NCBI GenBank assembly: GCA_047495785.1
Contig: JBLDXI010000024.1
Span: 5,208,001-5,272,000, forward strand
Length of the DNA: 64,000 nt
From: Lepidodermella squamata
Lineage: Eukaryota; Animalia; Gastrotricha
Reading direction: 5' to 3'
The translations under genes were made by a program, and so were the position numbers. A model generated the notes under the pieces. It saw only the letters and a program-made list of their open reading frames with translations, did no database searches and was not told the DNA's origin. Positions 39,517 to 52,083 of the stretch are shown here, one piece after another. Numbering within the stretch: the stretch's first letter is position 1; each line of letters starts with the position of its first letter.

Positions 39517-42500
39517 CTATTCGTCAGCATCTGTCGTAGCGCCGTCATCTTCGTGAACCATCAACGGCCTGCGATCAGCCCGCGACGACCCGCTGCGATC
39601 CAAGCACCGCCGGCACGCATGGCCTAGGCTTGACTCGCGAAGTTCGCGATATACAATAGGCGAGATGCAAACAGCAGTCAAAGCTGTGCAAACGATGAAC
39701 ATCCAGAAAACGGCGTCCCAGCCGAGGGAATGCTCAAGCAGTGGAATCAGCAGTTGGCCAATCGCAGCTCCAGCACTGCCAGTACCATCCAGGATTCCGG
39801 TAACGGTGGCGAGAGCGGCAGTGTTGCCTCGCAGCTTCGGCTGCCGGCCCAGATCGGCGCAAACAGCTGCCGAAATGATATTGGCGACACCGCCGATGAA
39901 GAACCCTAAATAAAAAGAAAACTTTAGAAAAAAACCAACAAAATGAAGGCCACAGAGGCGCGCATTTCGGGCTACTGATAAAACATGAAAATGACGATAT
40001 CGCATGCCATTTGGCGAACCCCTGGGAAGCCCGCTTAGCATAAGTTTGGCTAATCGGGGAAGAAATCAGATTGATTTGCCAACAGAAATTGTCCACAAGT
40101 GGGGTTTCAGCTACAATTTAGAACTTCACCACTAGATTTACCAAAAATACGGGGTTTCGAGTTTTGACGTATTCACTGCATTTGTTGTTGTCATTTGCGC
40201 AATGAGCGGTCTGTAAACGAGATATACTTCAGCCTGCACAGTCGATATCGATTATAATTATCGATTTTACAAATCAGTGATTTTTCCGAAATCAGTCGAC
40301 TTGGAGCATCAATTATTTTTCTACATAGCCTAGGGCATTATGTAGCTAAAATAAAAATTCGAAGTTCAGAAAGGGCTTAGTATCGATCAACGAACGAAAA
40401 AGGAAAAAGCTGAAATCGCAAAGATTCGAAAAAATTAGTGTCAAGACATTTCTTTTTAGCGCCTGATTTGGTGCACTTGGTGGTGCAAATACTTGGACCC
40501 AACTTTTCCGAATCCTAATAAAACCGAAAAATACCCTACTCTTTTCTCTTGCATGAATCTCCCGCATTTTTGCGTAAGAAATTCTTTGTGTTTTTTCAGT
40601 GAATTCTCACCTAGAATGACGAGGACAATGGCGTTGATGAGCATGTTGTCTGGCAGGGCCTTGTAGACGAGGAGCGTGGGCAGCGCGAGGATGAGCATGA
40701 CAGCCATGACGGGGGCGCGGCGCAGTTTGTCGGAAATGATGCCGCCGACAATGCCGCCGATGATGCCGCCGAAGTCGTACCACGTCGACAGGTAGTCGGC
40801 CGTCGACTGCGACCACGAGAACCAGTGGTACAGGTAGTAGGGCAGCCAGAAGAAGAACGAGTAGTTGACCAGCTTCAAACACGCGTACGCCACAGAGTAC
40901 TGCGAGAAACAAAGCAGGCAACAATTAAGAAGTTAAAAAATATTTTAAAAATTCACAAAATAGCCTATTTAAGGGAATCTGGAGATTTGAACTCTGGAGA
41001 TTTGAAAATTTGATTCAAGAGTTAGAATTTTTAGGAAAATTGATCAATTTGTTGACTAACGATTATGACACCCGGCAGCATGAGCGCCTCGACAAAGCCG
41101 ACCGCCTTCGCCGGCTGCTCGTCCTTGCCGTGGTGATGGCCCGATTTGTGCTGCTGAACCGGATTCGTTAGCTCCGAGTTCGGCGGCGCGATGCCCGCAA
41201 ATGACGCGCCGGTCGGCAGAATCGCCGTCGTTTCACCCGCAACAGGTTCAGGATCTTTTGGCACCGGTAAACCTGAAATACAAACAAATTTAAATGAATT
41301 TTAGAAAACCGTTTTTTTCGACAAAAAGCGTATTGTTTAATTAAGCTGCCCCTCAACCGATCGGCAGTGATTTCTTTTAAGTATCACGCGAAAGGGGAGA
41401 AAAACGTAAAAATAAACACGGTGTAGTTAAAGGTCACACTATAGAAGCCACTCAGTAAGTTATAATTATTTAACGCCTGCAATTACTTTGTTTAATCGAT
41501 TTTAGTTGCATCAAACTACCTTGGCGGCGTAATTTGCGCGGTGGCGCTGATTATCATGGTCCATTTTAATTAATTAAAACATGCGATACAAATAATGTAA
41601 GGGTCATGCAAAAAATGCGACGAACCTATTTCGGCGGGCGACACGACAAGACCCGTAAAAATGACGATGCCAGCTGCGAACAGCAAGATAGCTGGTACCA
41701 GCATAGCGATTTCATAGCCCATGTCGACGAAAGCACCGGCTATTCTGAGATTGGAATTGAATAATTGCTGAAATGATGTACAACAATCGGATGAAAAATA
41801 CTCACAGTGAACCTAGAATATTGCCGACAGAAGCGCAGGCGGACCAAACGCCGAATATGAGACCACGATGTGACTAGAAAACAATAGAAAACATGATCAT
41901 TTTCATAATTTGCAAAATTATTGCATTTCGTTTCAAGCTCAACATTGAAAAACATTCATTATATTTTCCTCCACATTTTTTACACTTTCATCAGCATTTT
42001 TGCTCTCCAAGGTAAATTTCTTGAATGCGAAATGTGGGAAAAATCGGTGTTTTAACACGTGATATTACCAAGGCGTAAAAATCGTGGGAATTACTAGCAG
42101 ATGTTACCGTCGGCCAGAGATTACCGTCGGAAAACCTCATTTTCCCGAGATTCAGTGAACAGTTTACCTAATCTCGAAAATCTTTCACGGGTTATCTCGG
42201 CTTTCGGCGCCACTAACCATCTCGAGGGAAGAATTTTTCAATAATTACATTAAATTAAATTACATTATTTCACTTTTGCTGATTTTACTAAGTTTTCATA
42301 TTTTTGGCAAGGCGTAATATTTCGCATGTAGTTAAAATTGTGTAGCAATTGTTACCTTGCCATACCAGTTGCCCATCACGGCGATAACAGCTGGCCATGC
42401 CGTTGACTGGAAGAGGCCATTTAGCACCCACAGCGGCACGTACCTAGAATAAATAAGTAAACAAACAAGTAAGCAGCTATAAATTGGACTGGCAAAAGCC

Positions 42501-43508
42501 CAACTCTTTGAATCTACACCTTACAAAATTCACTCCACGTAAAATCATGGGAAATTTTTATAAAGTAGCTTCAAAATCTGGTGAAAATTGATTTTGCTAT
42601 AAAAAAGTGAATTTCCTAGGTTTCCTCTAAAAATCATGAATCCAGATTTTCAATAATTCTCAATCCCAAATTTCATCCTTTCCATTTAATGAATTGTTCT
42701 GTAATTTATTTGATATCCAATTTTTCATATTTTCCCTTACCCTTGAAGCTAAAAGTAATTTCCAACTATTTTTTTACCAGTAAAGAGCGTAGAAACCGAG
42801 CCATTCCGGCACACAAGCGAATAGTATAATGGTAATCGAAGTCAGCCACATGCCGAAACTGAGCACGTAGCGCAGATTGAACCGATCGCCGAGTGGGCCA
42901 GATAAGAACAGGCCAACGGCATACGCGGCCATGAATATTGTGTCGAGGGTGCCTAGAAACGTTGAACACGCCTGGTCTTCCGGGCTCGAGAACAGCTTGT
43001 GCGAATTCCATATCGCATCCGGCTCTTTTCCCTCGTATGTCGAATTTATGGGCGGCGAAGGCGTCCACTCTTCACTGATTATACCTGGAAAAATATTCAA
43101 AAATTAGTTACGAAAAAGCCAATTTTTCATTATTGCAAATCAATTTAATATAAAAAAATAGCAATAAAAAATCAGAAAATAAATTTAGAAGAATTGAAAA
43201 TTGATGAAACTTCAAAACTTTCAAATTTATTTGGATTTTTATCGATTTTTCAATTATTTGAAGATGTAGTTACCTTTAACATTGGAAAATGATTTGCGAT
43301 TCGCGTGCAGCATTGCGTAACTGAAGAAAGTGACTAAGAATACGACGACGTGGAAATGCGTGTATTTCGACTGGCCGATTCGATGCCGCGCCAAAACGAC
43401 GTCGGGGTCGTCGGACGGCAACAGGCCGTCGTCGCCAGCGCTGCTCGTTCCCTCCTCGCTGTTCACGCCCGCGGTGCGGCCTCGTCGCTTCGGAGTCGCC
43501 GAGAACAT
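39517..43508 (-). CDS. SLC37A3: Sugar phosphate exchanger 3-like MFS transporter, copy B (8 exons, ~568 aa)
   Basis: Exons 43508-43274, 43084-42778, 42443-42356, 41873-41806, 41744-41626, 41272-41061, 40899-40611, 39905-39517 total 1707 nt in frame. Same SLC37 motifs as copy A. Confidence 0.92.
40228..40298 (-). repeat. Interspersed ATCGAT-rich repeat fragment (copy 2)
   Basis: Reverse complement matches 7270-7337. Confidence 0.55.
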
Positions 43509-44512
43509 GTTATCATCCACGAATTTCTACGCAATAATTAGTCTTAAACTTCTACCTAAAAACAGTAGAATAAAATTTAATAAAAATTCCAAAAATATTA
43601 AACTGAAGGTGTACAATTTTTGAAGTTTCAGATAAACTTACTGGAAATTTTAATTTGCATAATATCATTGAAGATCTCAATTGAAGCTCAAAACTTCAAT
43701 TGAGCTGAAGCTGATTGAGTGATAATAGTCGGTGATTATCATAACCTTCTGAATTTCCACAGTTTGATTACAGTCAGGTTAAAACGAGGCAATTCTGAGC
43801 TGATGTCCGAATGGTGCCTGTTTTTCTTGAATTGCGTGCGATAACCCGGCAAAGCAGCTATTATTTTCTATACGCATAGGCTGGTAGTAATTTCTAGCCA
43901 GCTGCATGAATAATTCCAATAATTTGCCGTGAACAACGTAATTTCTGTTATGAGCTCCTCATTAATGGTACGCAGGTAAATAAGCGGCATAATTTGCTCA
44001 CTTTCGATCAGTATCATTAGCGCTAGCAGCGTCAGACTAGAAGCTAGGCAAATATTTGAATTTTTTCCCAGATTTTAAGAAGCTGTCTTGTTTTATTATT
44101 TTGAGCATTCTACGTTCTGTCAGGCCGGTTGAAAAATTGACAGCCCAGTACTTTGATTTTTCCCCTGAGGCAGCTGCAAATGTAACCCAGCAAGCAGGCA
44201 TTGTTGATTCAAAACTAGATGAACTCTTTTATTCGAATAAATCCAAGACCGAGTTTTTCTTTCCGGCGTCCGCTATCAACCTGATCGAGATGACCATGAG
44301 AATCGCATCATTGCACAACTTCAATCACAACAACTCTTGAATACACGGCGTACATATAATAACATTAATAATAATAATAATAATAATAAGATCCATTCTT
44401 TTCAAGGCAGGCAAGACTTTTTTTGACTGGAAGATCATCATCATCAGACTAGGCTATAAGAGCACCCCCACCTCGTTTTCAATTGAGTCAATAATTTTTA
44501 CCGATTTGTTGT

Positions 44513-45487
44513 TTACAACTCGTCGCGAACGTCATCGTCATCATCGTCGTCGTGATGCTCCGAAGCTCCGCCCACCAGCACCTGGTAACCGGCCAGCAAT
44601 TCAGCCTGAGATAGCACTCCGTCGTGGTCGGAATCGACCAGGCCAATCAAGTGTTGCGCCTCGTCGACGCTCGACGACTGCAGGGACGGGGCGATCCATT
44701 GCCTCACTTCATCGGCATCCAAGAAACCGTCCTTGTTCTTGTCCAGCTCGTTCTTAAACCGGTCTTCCTCGAGCTTCTTCCACTCAGCATCACTGCCACT
44801 AGCGTCCTCGCGAACAAACTCAGCCAGTGAGATCTTACCATCGTTATCAGTATCATAGGATTCAACAGTTTGCTGAATCTCGGCAGGCAACATGTGCTCG
44901 AAGTCGTACGGGTGCGAAAATGAAGTGTATTCAACGAGGGACAACTTGCCATCAGAGTCTTGATCAGCTAGCTTGAACCTCAATTGGTCGTTCTTGTAGG
45001 TACGAACTGTAGCTTTGACGTGGGGATCGCCGTGGGCGGAGGTATTCGCGACCAATTCGTCCAGCTGCTCGATATTTGCGTGATATGTGTTCTTGACGTA
45101 CTCAGGCCAGTCAACGAACTGGTCCTTGTTGTCGTCAAGGTCGTGCAATTTGTCCAGGGCTTCCTCCTGGTCTAGGGCGAGGAAGTTCTTCGACAGAGCG
45201 GCGACAAGTTCTTCCTTCGAGACTGAGCCGTCTTTGTTTGAGTCGATATTTTGAGCGATTGCGAGCAGACGGTCGCGCGCTTCGTCGGCGTCCATTCCAG
45301 CGAATTCAGCGGCAAGGGCGCGTGAGCCAAGGAAGACTTCATGGTCGAACGAGTAGGTATCGGCACCATCGGGATGATCGTGGTGGCTATCGGGGTGGTC
45401 GTGGTGGCCATGGTCTTCGTGCTCGCGATCCGCCCGGCAAGTGGCGAATAGGGCGAGGCTTAGTACGAGGATAAGACTACGGTTCAT
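44513..45487 (-). CDS. CREC-family (calumenin/reticulocalbin-like) ER-luminal EF-hand protein, intronless CDS
   Basis: Signal peptide, FDHEVFLG motif, six EF-hand loops (DSNKDGSVS, DDNKDQFVD, DQDSDGKLS, DTDNDGKIS, DKNKDGFLD, DSDHDGVLS), C-terminal RDEL retention signal. Confidence 0.93.
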   Translation of the reverse strand: MNRSLILVLSLALFATCRADREHEDHGHHDHPDSHHDHPDGADTYSFDHEVFLGSRALAAEFAGMDADEARDRLLAIAQNIDSNKDGSVSKEELVAALSKNFLALDQEEALDKLHDLDDNKDQFVDWPEYVKNTYHANIEQLDELVANTSAHGDPHVKATVRTYKNDQLRFKLADQDSDGKLSLVEYTSFSHPYDFEHMLPAEIQQTVESYDTDNDGKISLAEFVREDASGSDAEWKKLEEDRFKNELDKNKDGFLDADEVRQWIAPSLQSSSVDEAQHLIGLVDSDHDGVLSQAELLAGYQVLVGGASEHHDDDDDDDVRDEL

Positions 45488-46739
45488 TATAATTCTACAG
45501 TACTAAAAACAATGTGCAATGAACTTCTTGTAAATAAAACAAAACAAGGCTGGTATTAAAAGCATTCCAGGTGACACGTCGACTTGGCTAGTGGGCATCT
45601 TGCACGCAATGCCACGGAGGTACAGATGATGCAATGTGTGATAGTACTGAAATACTAACCGCATAGCTATTGGTGATGTGGCTTTAGTTTATTAAAAATG
45701 AACATCGAACCTGGCATCATCACAATGACAAGCATTTATAAATAGAGGATACGTGTAAGCTGAAGTAAGAAATACGAAAAACAAGGGTTGACTATTGAAT
45801 CATGCACGTGATAATCATGACGAAGGTGCTGAATGGCAAGAATCAGCTGTGCAAACAAAAGGGCTTAGGGACTAGGTCAACCAAATGTACGTATATTTTC
45901 CTAGCTTGCCAATAGAAAAAAAATAGCTTCAAAGCCTTAAAAGCACAATCAGGACTTAAAAAGGTGCAGCTAAATAGGACAATTCAGCAATTTTGCCATT
46001 CTAAATCACGTTTCTGAAGTTTATTATTACTCAAACAACCTCTGCAACGTCTACGACAGATGTCTATTGCTTTGCCAAGGCCGAGGAGAGGTCCGAATTC
46101 AGTAAGCAATCGGAAAAGGTTCCAAAGCAGTAGATACAATTCAGATACAGTTTTTAATCGCCAGAAAGATAGCATAAAATAAAGATTCAAATGGAGAGCG
46201 CACTCACTCAACTTCTCAGCTTAAAGATAAGGTTCAGACGCAGAATAAACAAAACCATGAACAAGGCAAATGACAGATGACAAAACCACGAGCGCCCCAT
46301 GCGCCAGAGCCACCAAACATTGTTTTGTTTTTCATTTTTTATTTTTGGGGGATATTGTACCGAATGGCATTAATTGTATGTATAAATATTCAAATTACAT
46401 TGTTATCAGAAAATTGTAATTAAAAAATAAACGATAAAATCAAAATAATGGCAAAAAGCCGTACCACGTGAGTTGTGCTATATGCCGGCAACCCGACCAC
46501 TTTTGCAGTCTCAGCGAGCCATGAACTCCCCTTGGTTCTTGGCTCCTTGTCCTGTCTTTTTGTTCTTGTTCTTGTTCTTGTTCTTGTTATGCCGTGAGTC
46601 ACCTTCTAGCATCGCCTTCTAACATCGTCTCTGCTTTTTGTCTCCATCGTGCCATATTTATTTAACGCTCTCGAAAATCGGGACGTCACACGCCATGCAA
46701 AACTACCTACGTTTTTCACTTCATTTAGATTCTTTTAAA

Positions 46740-47486
46740 ATGCTCTCAAGCAGTGCCACAGCTCGCTTTATGTTGCGGCTGTTAAATGGTCGAGAAATAC
46801 CTGCTCGTTTGGCATCTCACTATCGTGTTAAGGAACAGAAGAGCCATGGCGTCAATATGCGAATCTCTCTGAGCAAAGAAAAGGAAAAGCCTTACTTGGA
46901 ACCTACCGTTCCACCTGTTTTCCAACCAGCTCTCGCCCCAGAAGACCCACGTCGTTTTTACCCGGTCTCGCCAGCTGATGCTAATGTAACAAGTCTCATC
47001 ACATTCGACCCCCTTCTTGATCGTTTTATCAGCACGTTAATGCGTCAAGGTGAAAAGAATTTGACGCGGAAAATCGTTGAAAAGGCGTTTGTTCGCATGA
47101 AGCACGCTCAGTTGCGCAAGCTGCGAATGAAAACACCCGAAGAGCAACAGAAAGTTGACATAGCAACGCTGGATCCGCTCGCTATTTTGCACAAAGCCAT
47201 TGAAAACTGCCGGCCTGTTCTCCGCCTCGAAGGAATCCGCCGCGGTGGCATCATGTATCAAGTCCCTGTACCGGTAACCGAGAATTTTTCTATTTTCCAA
47301 GCGATGCGTTGGCTGATCGAATCTTGCCGTGAGCGGGAGAGTAAAGCCGACACACGGTTTGATGAAGTGCTAGCTGAAGAATTGCTTGCGGCAGGGGTTG
47401 ATAACACGGGCAAATCTGTTCGCAAAAAGCAAGACCTTCACAGGCGGTGCGAACAGAATCGCGCCTATGCTCATTTTAGGTGGTAG
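46740..47486 (+). CDS. MRPS7: Mitochondrial ribosomal protein uS7m
   Basis: S7 motifs FISTLMRQGEK, AIENCRP, RRGGIMYQVPVP, AMRWLI, HRRCEQNRAYAHFRW; N-terminal transit-like peptide from ATG 46740. Confidence 0.93.
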   Translation: MLSSSATARFMLRLLNGREIPARLASHYRVKEQKSHGVNMRISLSKEKEKPYLEPTVPPVFQPALAPEDPRRFYPVSPADANVTSLITFDPLLDRFISTLMRQGEKNLTRKIVEKAFVRMKHAQLRKLRMKTPEEQQKVDIATLDPLAILHKAIENCRPVLRLEGIRRGGIMYQVPVPVTENFSIFQAMRWLIESCRERESKADTRFDEVLAEELLAAGVDNTGKSVRKKQDLHRRCEQNRAYAHFRW

Positions 47487-47569
47487 ATAAGAAAAGCCAC
47501 CGCCAATAAATTACTGTTGTGATTCAAATTGATCGAAACTTCCATTTATAGGCTTGATTATATTATAAT

Positions 47570-48002
47570 ATGGCCGAGGCTAAAACTTGTCCAATCGATG
47601 GTTGTAAAGAAACTTTCCAGACTTTGGAGGTATATTCGAGCTTTTGCAATTGATTTCAGCATTATTCTTTCACTATTTAGGAACATTTAGCCGTCACTCA
47701 TAGCTCAAAGCAGCTTCCAAACGAAGACATTGTTGACTGCGAATCGCTCGAGTGCCTGTTTTGCGGAAAAGTTGGTTACAATTTCGTGAATTTTTTAACA
47801 ATTAAGCTTTTGGTTTTCTCAGACTCTGATGTATCAACCTCATTTTATCGTAAGTCGCTTTTATTATTGGAAATCTTTGATGATAATCGTGACTTTGCAG
47901 GCTCATATGCAAGAACATGGCATGGTGCCAGATATCGTGAAAGAAAACGGCGACATTTTGACGTGGCGGCGAGTTGAACACAAGCCAACGCTCGGTGCCT
48001 GA
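47570..48002 (+). CDS. Small two-finger C2H2 zinc-finger protein (4 exons, 92 aa; absent from the ORF track)
   Basis: Exons 47570-47629, 47681-47770, 47823-47849, 47901-48002 with 51/52/51-nt GT-AG introns give CPIDGC..HLAVTH and CLFC-x12-HMQEH. Confidence 0.82.
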
Positions 48003-49649
48003 AATTACTAGACGACTTGCTCGATCCCATCTCAACCGTGTGCTTTCCATTCACATTATTAACTTGAATTTTTACCCTGTTGAATTCTGGCAAATAAATA
48101 ATACGGAGTCGTTAAAACCGATGATACTGTTTTCTTTGCAATGATCTCGATCGTGAAAATTTGAGCCAACTGGTCACAATAATATGGAAGAGTAGCTTAA
48201 TTTGTTGCGTAATTACCTATATTATTTTCAGCTTCTATTTTGGTCATTTATTCTGAATAGTCCCAGACAAACGTAAGTATTTCGAATTAAGTACACATCA
48301 TCGATCATCGACTACCAATTTCGATGCAGTCAATTCTGACCCAATTATAATAAGCTTAATAAGACTTCTAAAAAACGGTCTGTTCGAAGCATCTGCCTGA
48401 ATCCCAATAAAAAACCGTCGTTTCATCGTTCAAGATTGTTTACCAATAAGATAATGCCCAAAAATAGCAGAATCATAGAGGCTTAGCATCGACGGCAGTT
48501 ATGAATGGCATATCAAATAAGCAAAGACAATAGGCGGCAAAATAATTGAAAAACAATTCTTGGTCCGCGGATCATCGATTCGCAGTCGCGGTTTTGATCG
48601 ATGAGTGGGCGTGTCGAAGACGAATACTATGCGATGGCGGAACGTCACTCAAGCCCTGGGCTAATTCCAGGCCGGCTGCTACTGCGACTACTACCTATCT
48701 ACTACGCTATGAAAAGGAGCCGAAATCGATCATAGCCGTGGTATGTTTTGCGAGAAATATCCAGCGTAAATCGGTATATATGACACAAAAGCGAATATAA
48801 TCGACAAGCTATAATGTCTTTATAGTTTATTAAATAGCTGTGTGCGCGCACAGCCGTGGTGGTATACAGCGGATTGTTTACCAATTCGCCTTTAGTCGCT
48901 ACTCGACGATTTGCGCATCTGAAATTAGCATGGCATGCGCGCGGCGACGATGATACGCCACTAATCACTCACTCTTACACAAGCATCTATTTGTTCTGTA
49001 ATTCCGCTGTGACAACCTTTTCGCTTCCGCCTCAACAATATGCGTCTTGTTTTCGGAATTTCGTAAATACCCATGGAAGCTATGGTTTCTTGGCTTAATT
49101 TAGCTTGCCATTCAATGAACCGCATTAAGAAACAGTAGGAAAATCGTAAGTAACTAGTTGAATAGTGAGCATCGACCTTTTTGTCTCCGCTTCATAATGC
49201 GCAGTATTGGACATTTTCGGAAATTTTCCTAGATAAGAATTAGATTCCGTATTTAACGTCGAAGATTATACCTACGGCAATCATCGCGAAAGAATTTGGC
49301 CTCTTTTTACAAAGTCTCACAGCTAAATTCAAAGTCATCGAAAAACCCGTTATCGATGTTCGATGCATGAAATGACATCTGCAGTTTTATTCAAACCCAG
49401 GGCTGGAAAAAGTGTCCTACCAGGGTATCATTGGTAGCGGAAGTTTTGGGAAGTTGGCAAAAAAAATCGAAATTCCTAATTTTGTGAAAAACCATTCATT
49501 GACCAGAAGATTGGTTACTGCCATAGTTTCACCTCCAATTTCATAATTTTTTCCATATCTATTCCCTAACTTGAAGGGGTTCAGCCCGAAATAAAGCTCA
49601 GAGCTCAAGAATAAGAGAGCTCAGAGCTCAAGATAGGACAGTAAACATA

Positions 49650-49998
49650 GGGTCTTCCTGTTACCGGAACCAAATTTACAGTGAGCGGAACCAAATATGC
49701 TGCTAGCGGAACCAAATTTTAGACATTTCTAGTGGCCTGAAATCGCTTTTCGGATATTTATTGCATGTCATAAATGGCCCCAATAATTCTAAAAAATTCA
49801 CCAGTGAATTCAGCGCAACATTCTCTATAAGACGCAGTGTATAATTCAGAATTCATGCTTAGCCTAAAATTCTTAGAAATATTCAAAAAATGACTCTTGG
49901 CATATTTCGAGTTTGGTTCCGCAAAAAGCAAATTTGGTTCCGCTACAGCATATTTGGTTCCGCTCACTGTCAATTTGGTTCCGCTAAAAGATATTCCC
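49650..49998. mobile_element. Non-autonomous Mutator/foldback-like element with 9-bp TSD
   Basis: Direct repeat GTAAACATA at 49641-49649 and 49999-50007. Element starts GGG and ends CCC; arms are built of GCGGAACCAAAT subrepeats in inverted orientation. Confidence 0.85.
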
Positions 49999-50483
49999 GT
50001 AAACATAGGGGATCTCAATTCTGAGATATGAATGAAGCCCATCTGTGATTCGTGAAGCTTCTTAAAAAAGCTCTTTTTACCTTCTCATGTTCTGCATATA
50101 CAACTCGCACATCCCGAGAGCAGCGGATTACAATTTGACTGCAGTTTCACTCTCGAGTTTTTGCGTACCATCTTTTGATCCCATTGATTACAAGGTTTTT
50201 TGATGGCGTAAATCGGGCGTTCTTGGACTAAAGATAGCAGAGATAACGATGAAATGCGGGGTTGCAACGTTGAGCGTTCGATCGAAAAACTTGCTAATTT
50301 ACAGCCAATTGCGTGCGCACTTGCTAAAGAGGGCGGGCTTATCTTCAAGCAACTCGTGAATCTGCTGCGCACTCATCGCAAAAAGTTATCATATAAACAT
50401 TTCGTCGCTGCGTTTGTTGCAACAGCGAGCCCACCTGCAGGGCAAAATCGCAACGCATGAAAAAACCCGCATATGCCGATTAT

Positions 50484-50973
50484 TCACGATGTTTCATACT
50501 TATCGTCAGTGCTTGATTGATTAATCTTTGTGTAGTAGCAATATTTTTGCAGCCCGCTAAAAATCGAGGTGTCAATGCACATCCAGGCCTCCGTGTTGTC
50601 AATTTTTAGATTTGCGCACTTGTAATTTAAGAAATCACAGCATGGTGGCAAGACATGCGACTGCCCGCCAAGGCGGAGACAATTGCTATTGATTGATGAC
50701 TTGTAGACACGCGCGGCGGTGTCATGCATGACGGCGTCATTGCTAGTACAAAGCGCCGGCCGCTGCCACCTCTCGGGCGTGTTTTTTCGGCTCCTGCTTT
50801 GCTAAGTATGTATGTAAGTAAGTATTATTGTTATTGTGTTTGCCCAATGCAATATTTAGCCCGATCGTGTTACCACACCAAGTGCCGGCGCAGCAATGAG
50901 AGTGACCTTGACAGATTAAGTGTACACATTCAGTACGAAATTTTCTATATTTTTTCAAGAATCTCGCAATCAA
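50484..50973 (-). other. Cys-rich knottin-like coding remnant (possibly two tandem ICK modules)
   Basis: ECVHLICQGHSHCCAGTWC, then a GT-AG intron, then an exon with ..LCTS..NCLRLGGQSHVLPPCCDFLNYKC..C..C. Joining needs a 1-nt shift in an A6 run; no clear start or signal peptide found. Confidence 0.3.
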
Positions 50974-52083
50974 GTCCCAGAAGTCTAGTCAAAGCTGTGA
51001 AAATCGAAGAACTCGTTCTGACAACGATACAGCCCCGTATCGCGTGCAAAAAATCCGAGGGAACCACGTTGCCACATTCCACACCCTCGAAGGATGCATC
51101 AATTTACTTATTTCCATGATTTTTGGCAGATTTTAGCATTTAAAACAATAGAGCATAGCTTAGGATATCAGTGTTCAGTATTCACCTTTAACGAAGTTCC
51201 TCTCTTGTTAGGAATATCCTAGGCGAAGCATTTAGGGTTATGATTATGGTAGGACGGAAAAATTTCTGATATTTGACACCATTTTATCTGATAGGCTGGT
51301 TGTAGCATTGAAATGCTTGGAAATGTTAGGACACCAATGCAATGTGTTCCCAAAAGGTTGAGAGGGCTCTAATTAGCTATCCGATCCTTTTAGTGCTGAA
51401 AATCCCATTAGGAGATCATCATATCAGAGATATCATTCAAAAAATGAATTTATGCTTGTAAACATGCATGTATAACGCAACCACGAAGTGAAAAAACAAT
51501 ATTCTAACTTCTTAATCGGGCTTCATGGGACTTTACGTCCCCGCTTATACGCCGCATATTGAAATCGCCACGACCCAAATAAATCGAATAAGTACGCTAA
51601 ACAAATAAAGGAAAGCGATCGCCAGGAGGCCTCGCCCCTATCGATCGTCATTACTATACGCGTAATAACGATAATTAGCCGCCTCGGAGGCACGGCTGCT
51701 ATTTAGCCGTGATTTTTTTATTCTCACACTGCGCTTCCGTCGCGCTGAAAACTACGAAAAAACTGCGCCGGATTATTACTAGACCAATGGGTATGCTAAT
51801 AACTTGCTACAACAGTGCATGTTGGTTTTCCGCGTCGCAGCGCTCGCTCCTTTTTTTCTCGATTGCTGCTTTATATTGGCTGCAAATGCCGCCTACCGCA
51901 TCAATTTCACGCCGCTGTTGTTAATGAAAAATCACGCCTTTAACTGTCGCGATTCTTCCGCCATTTTTTACCTATTCTGCTTCATTTAGACCGTATTACC
52001 TCTTCTGACAGCCGAGTTTCAGTGCAATGTTGAATTCCGTGGAGCTATATAATACCCAAGCGATTCAATTCAGCCCTTGAAAC

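Noticed and set aside
43950-44340. Possible two-exon ~80-aa gene (43950-43975 + 44124-44340)
   Set aside because: The frame joins, but there is no homology or motif support.
48560-48610. Hairpin as a possible miRNA
   Set aside because: Short stem and no match to a conserved miRNA I recognise.
49668-49985. Regularly spaced GCGGAACCAAAT repeats as a CRISPR-like array
   Set aside because: Period is only ~21 bp, the two halves are inverted, and a TSD is present; these are transposon arms in a eukaryote.
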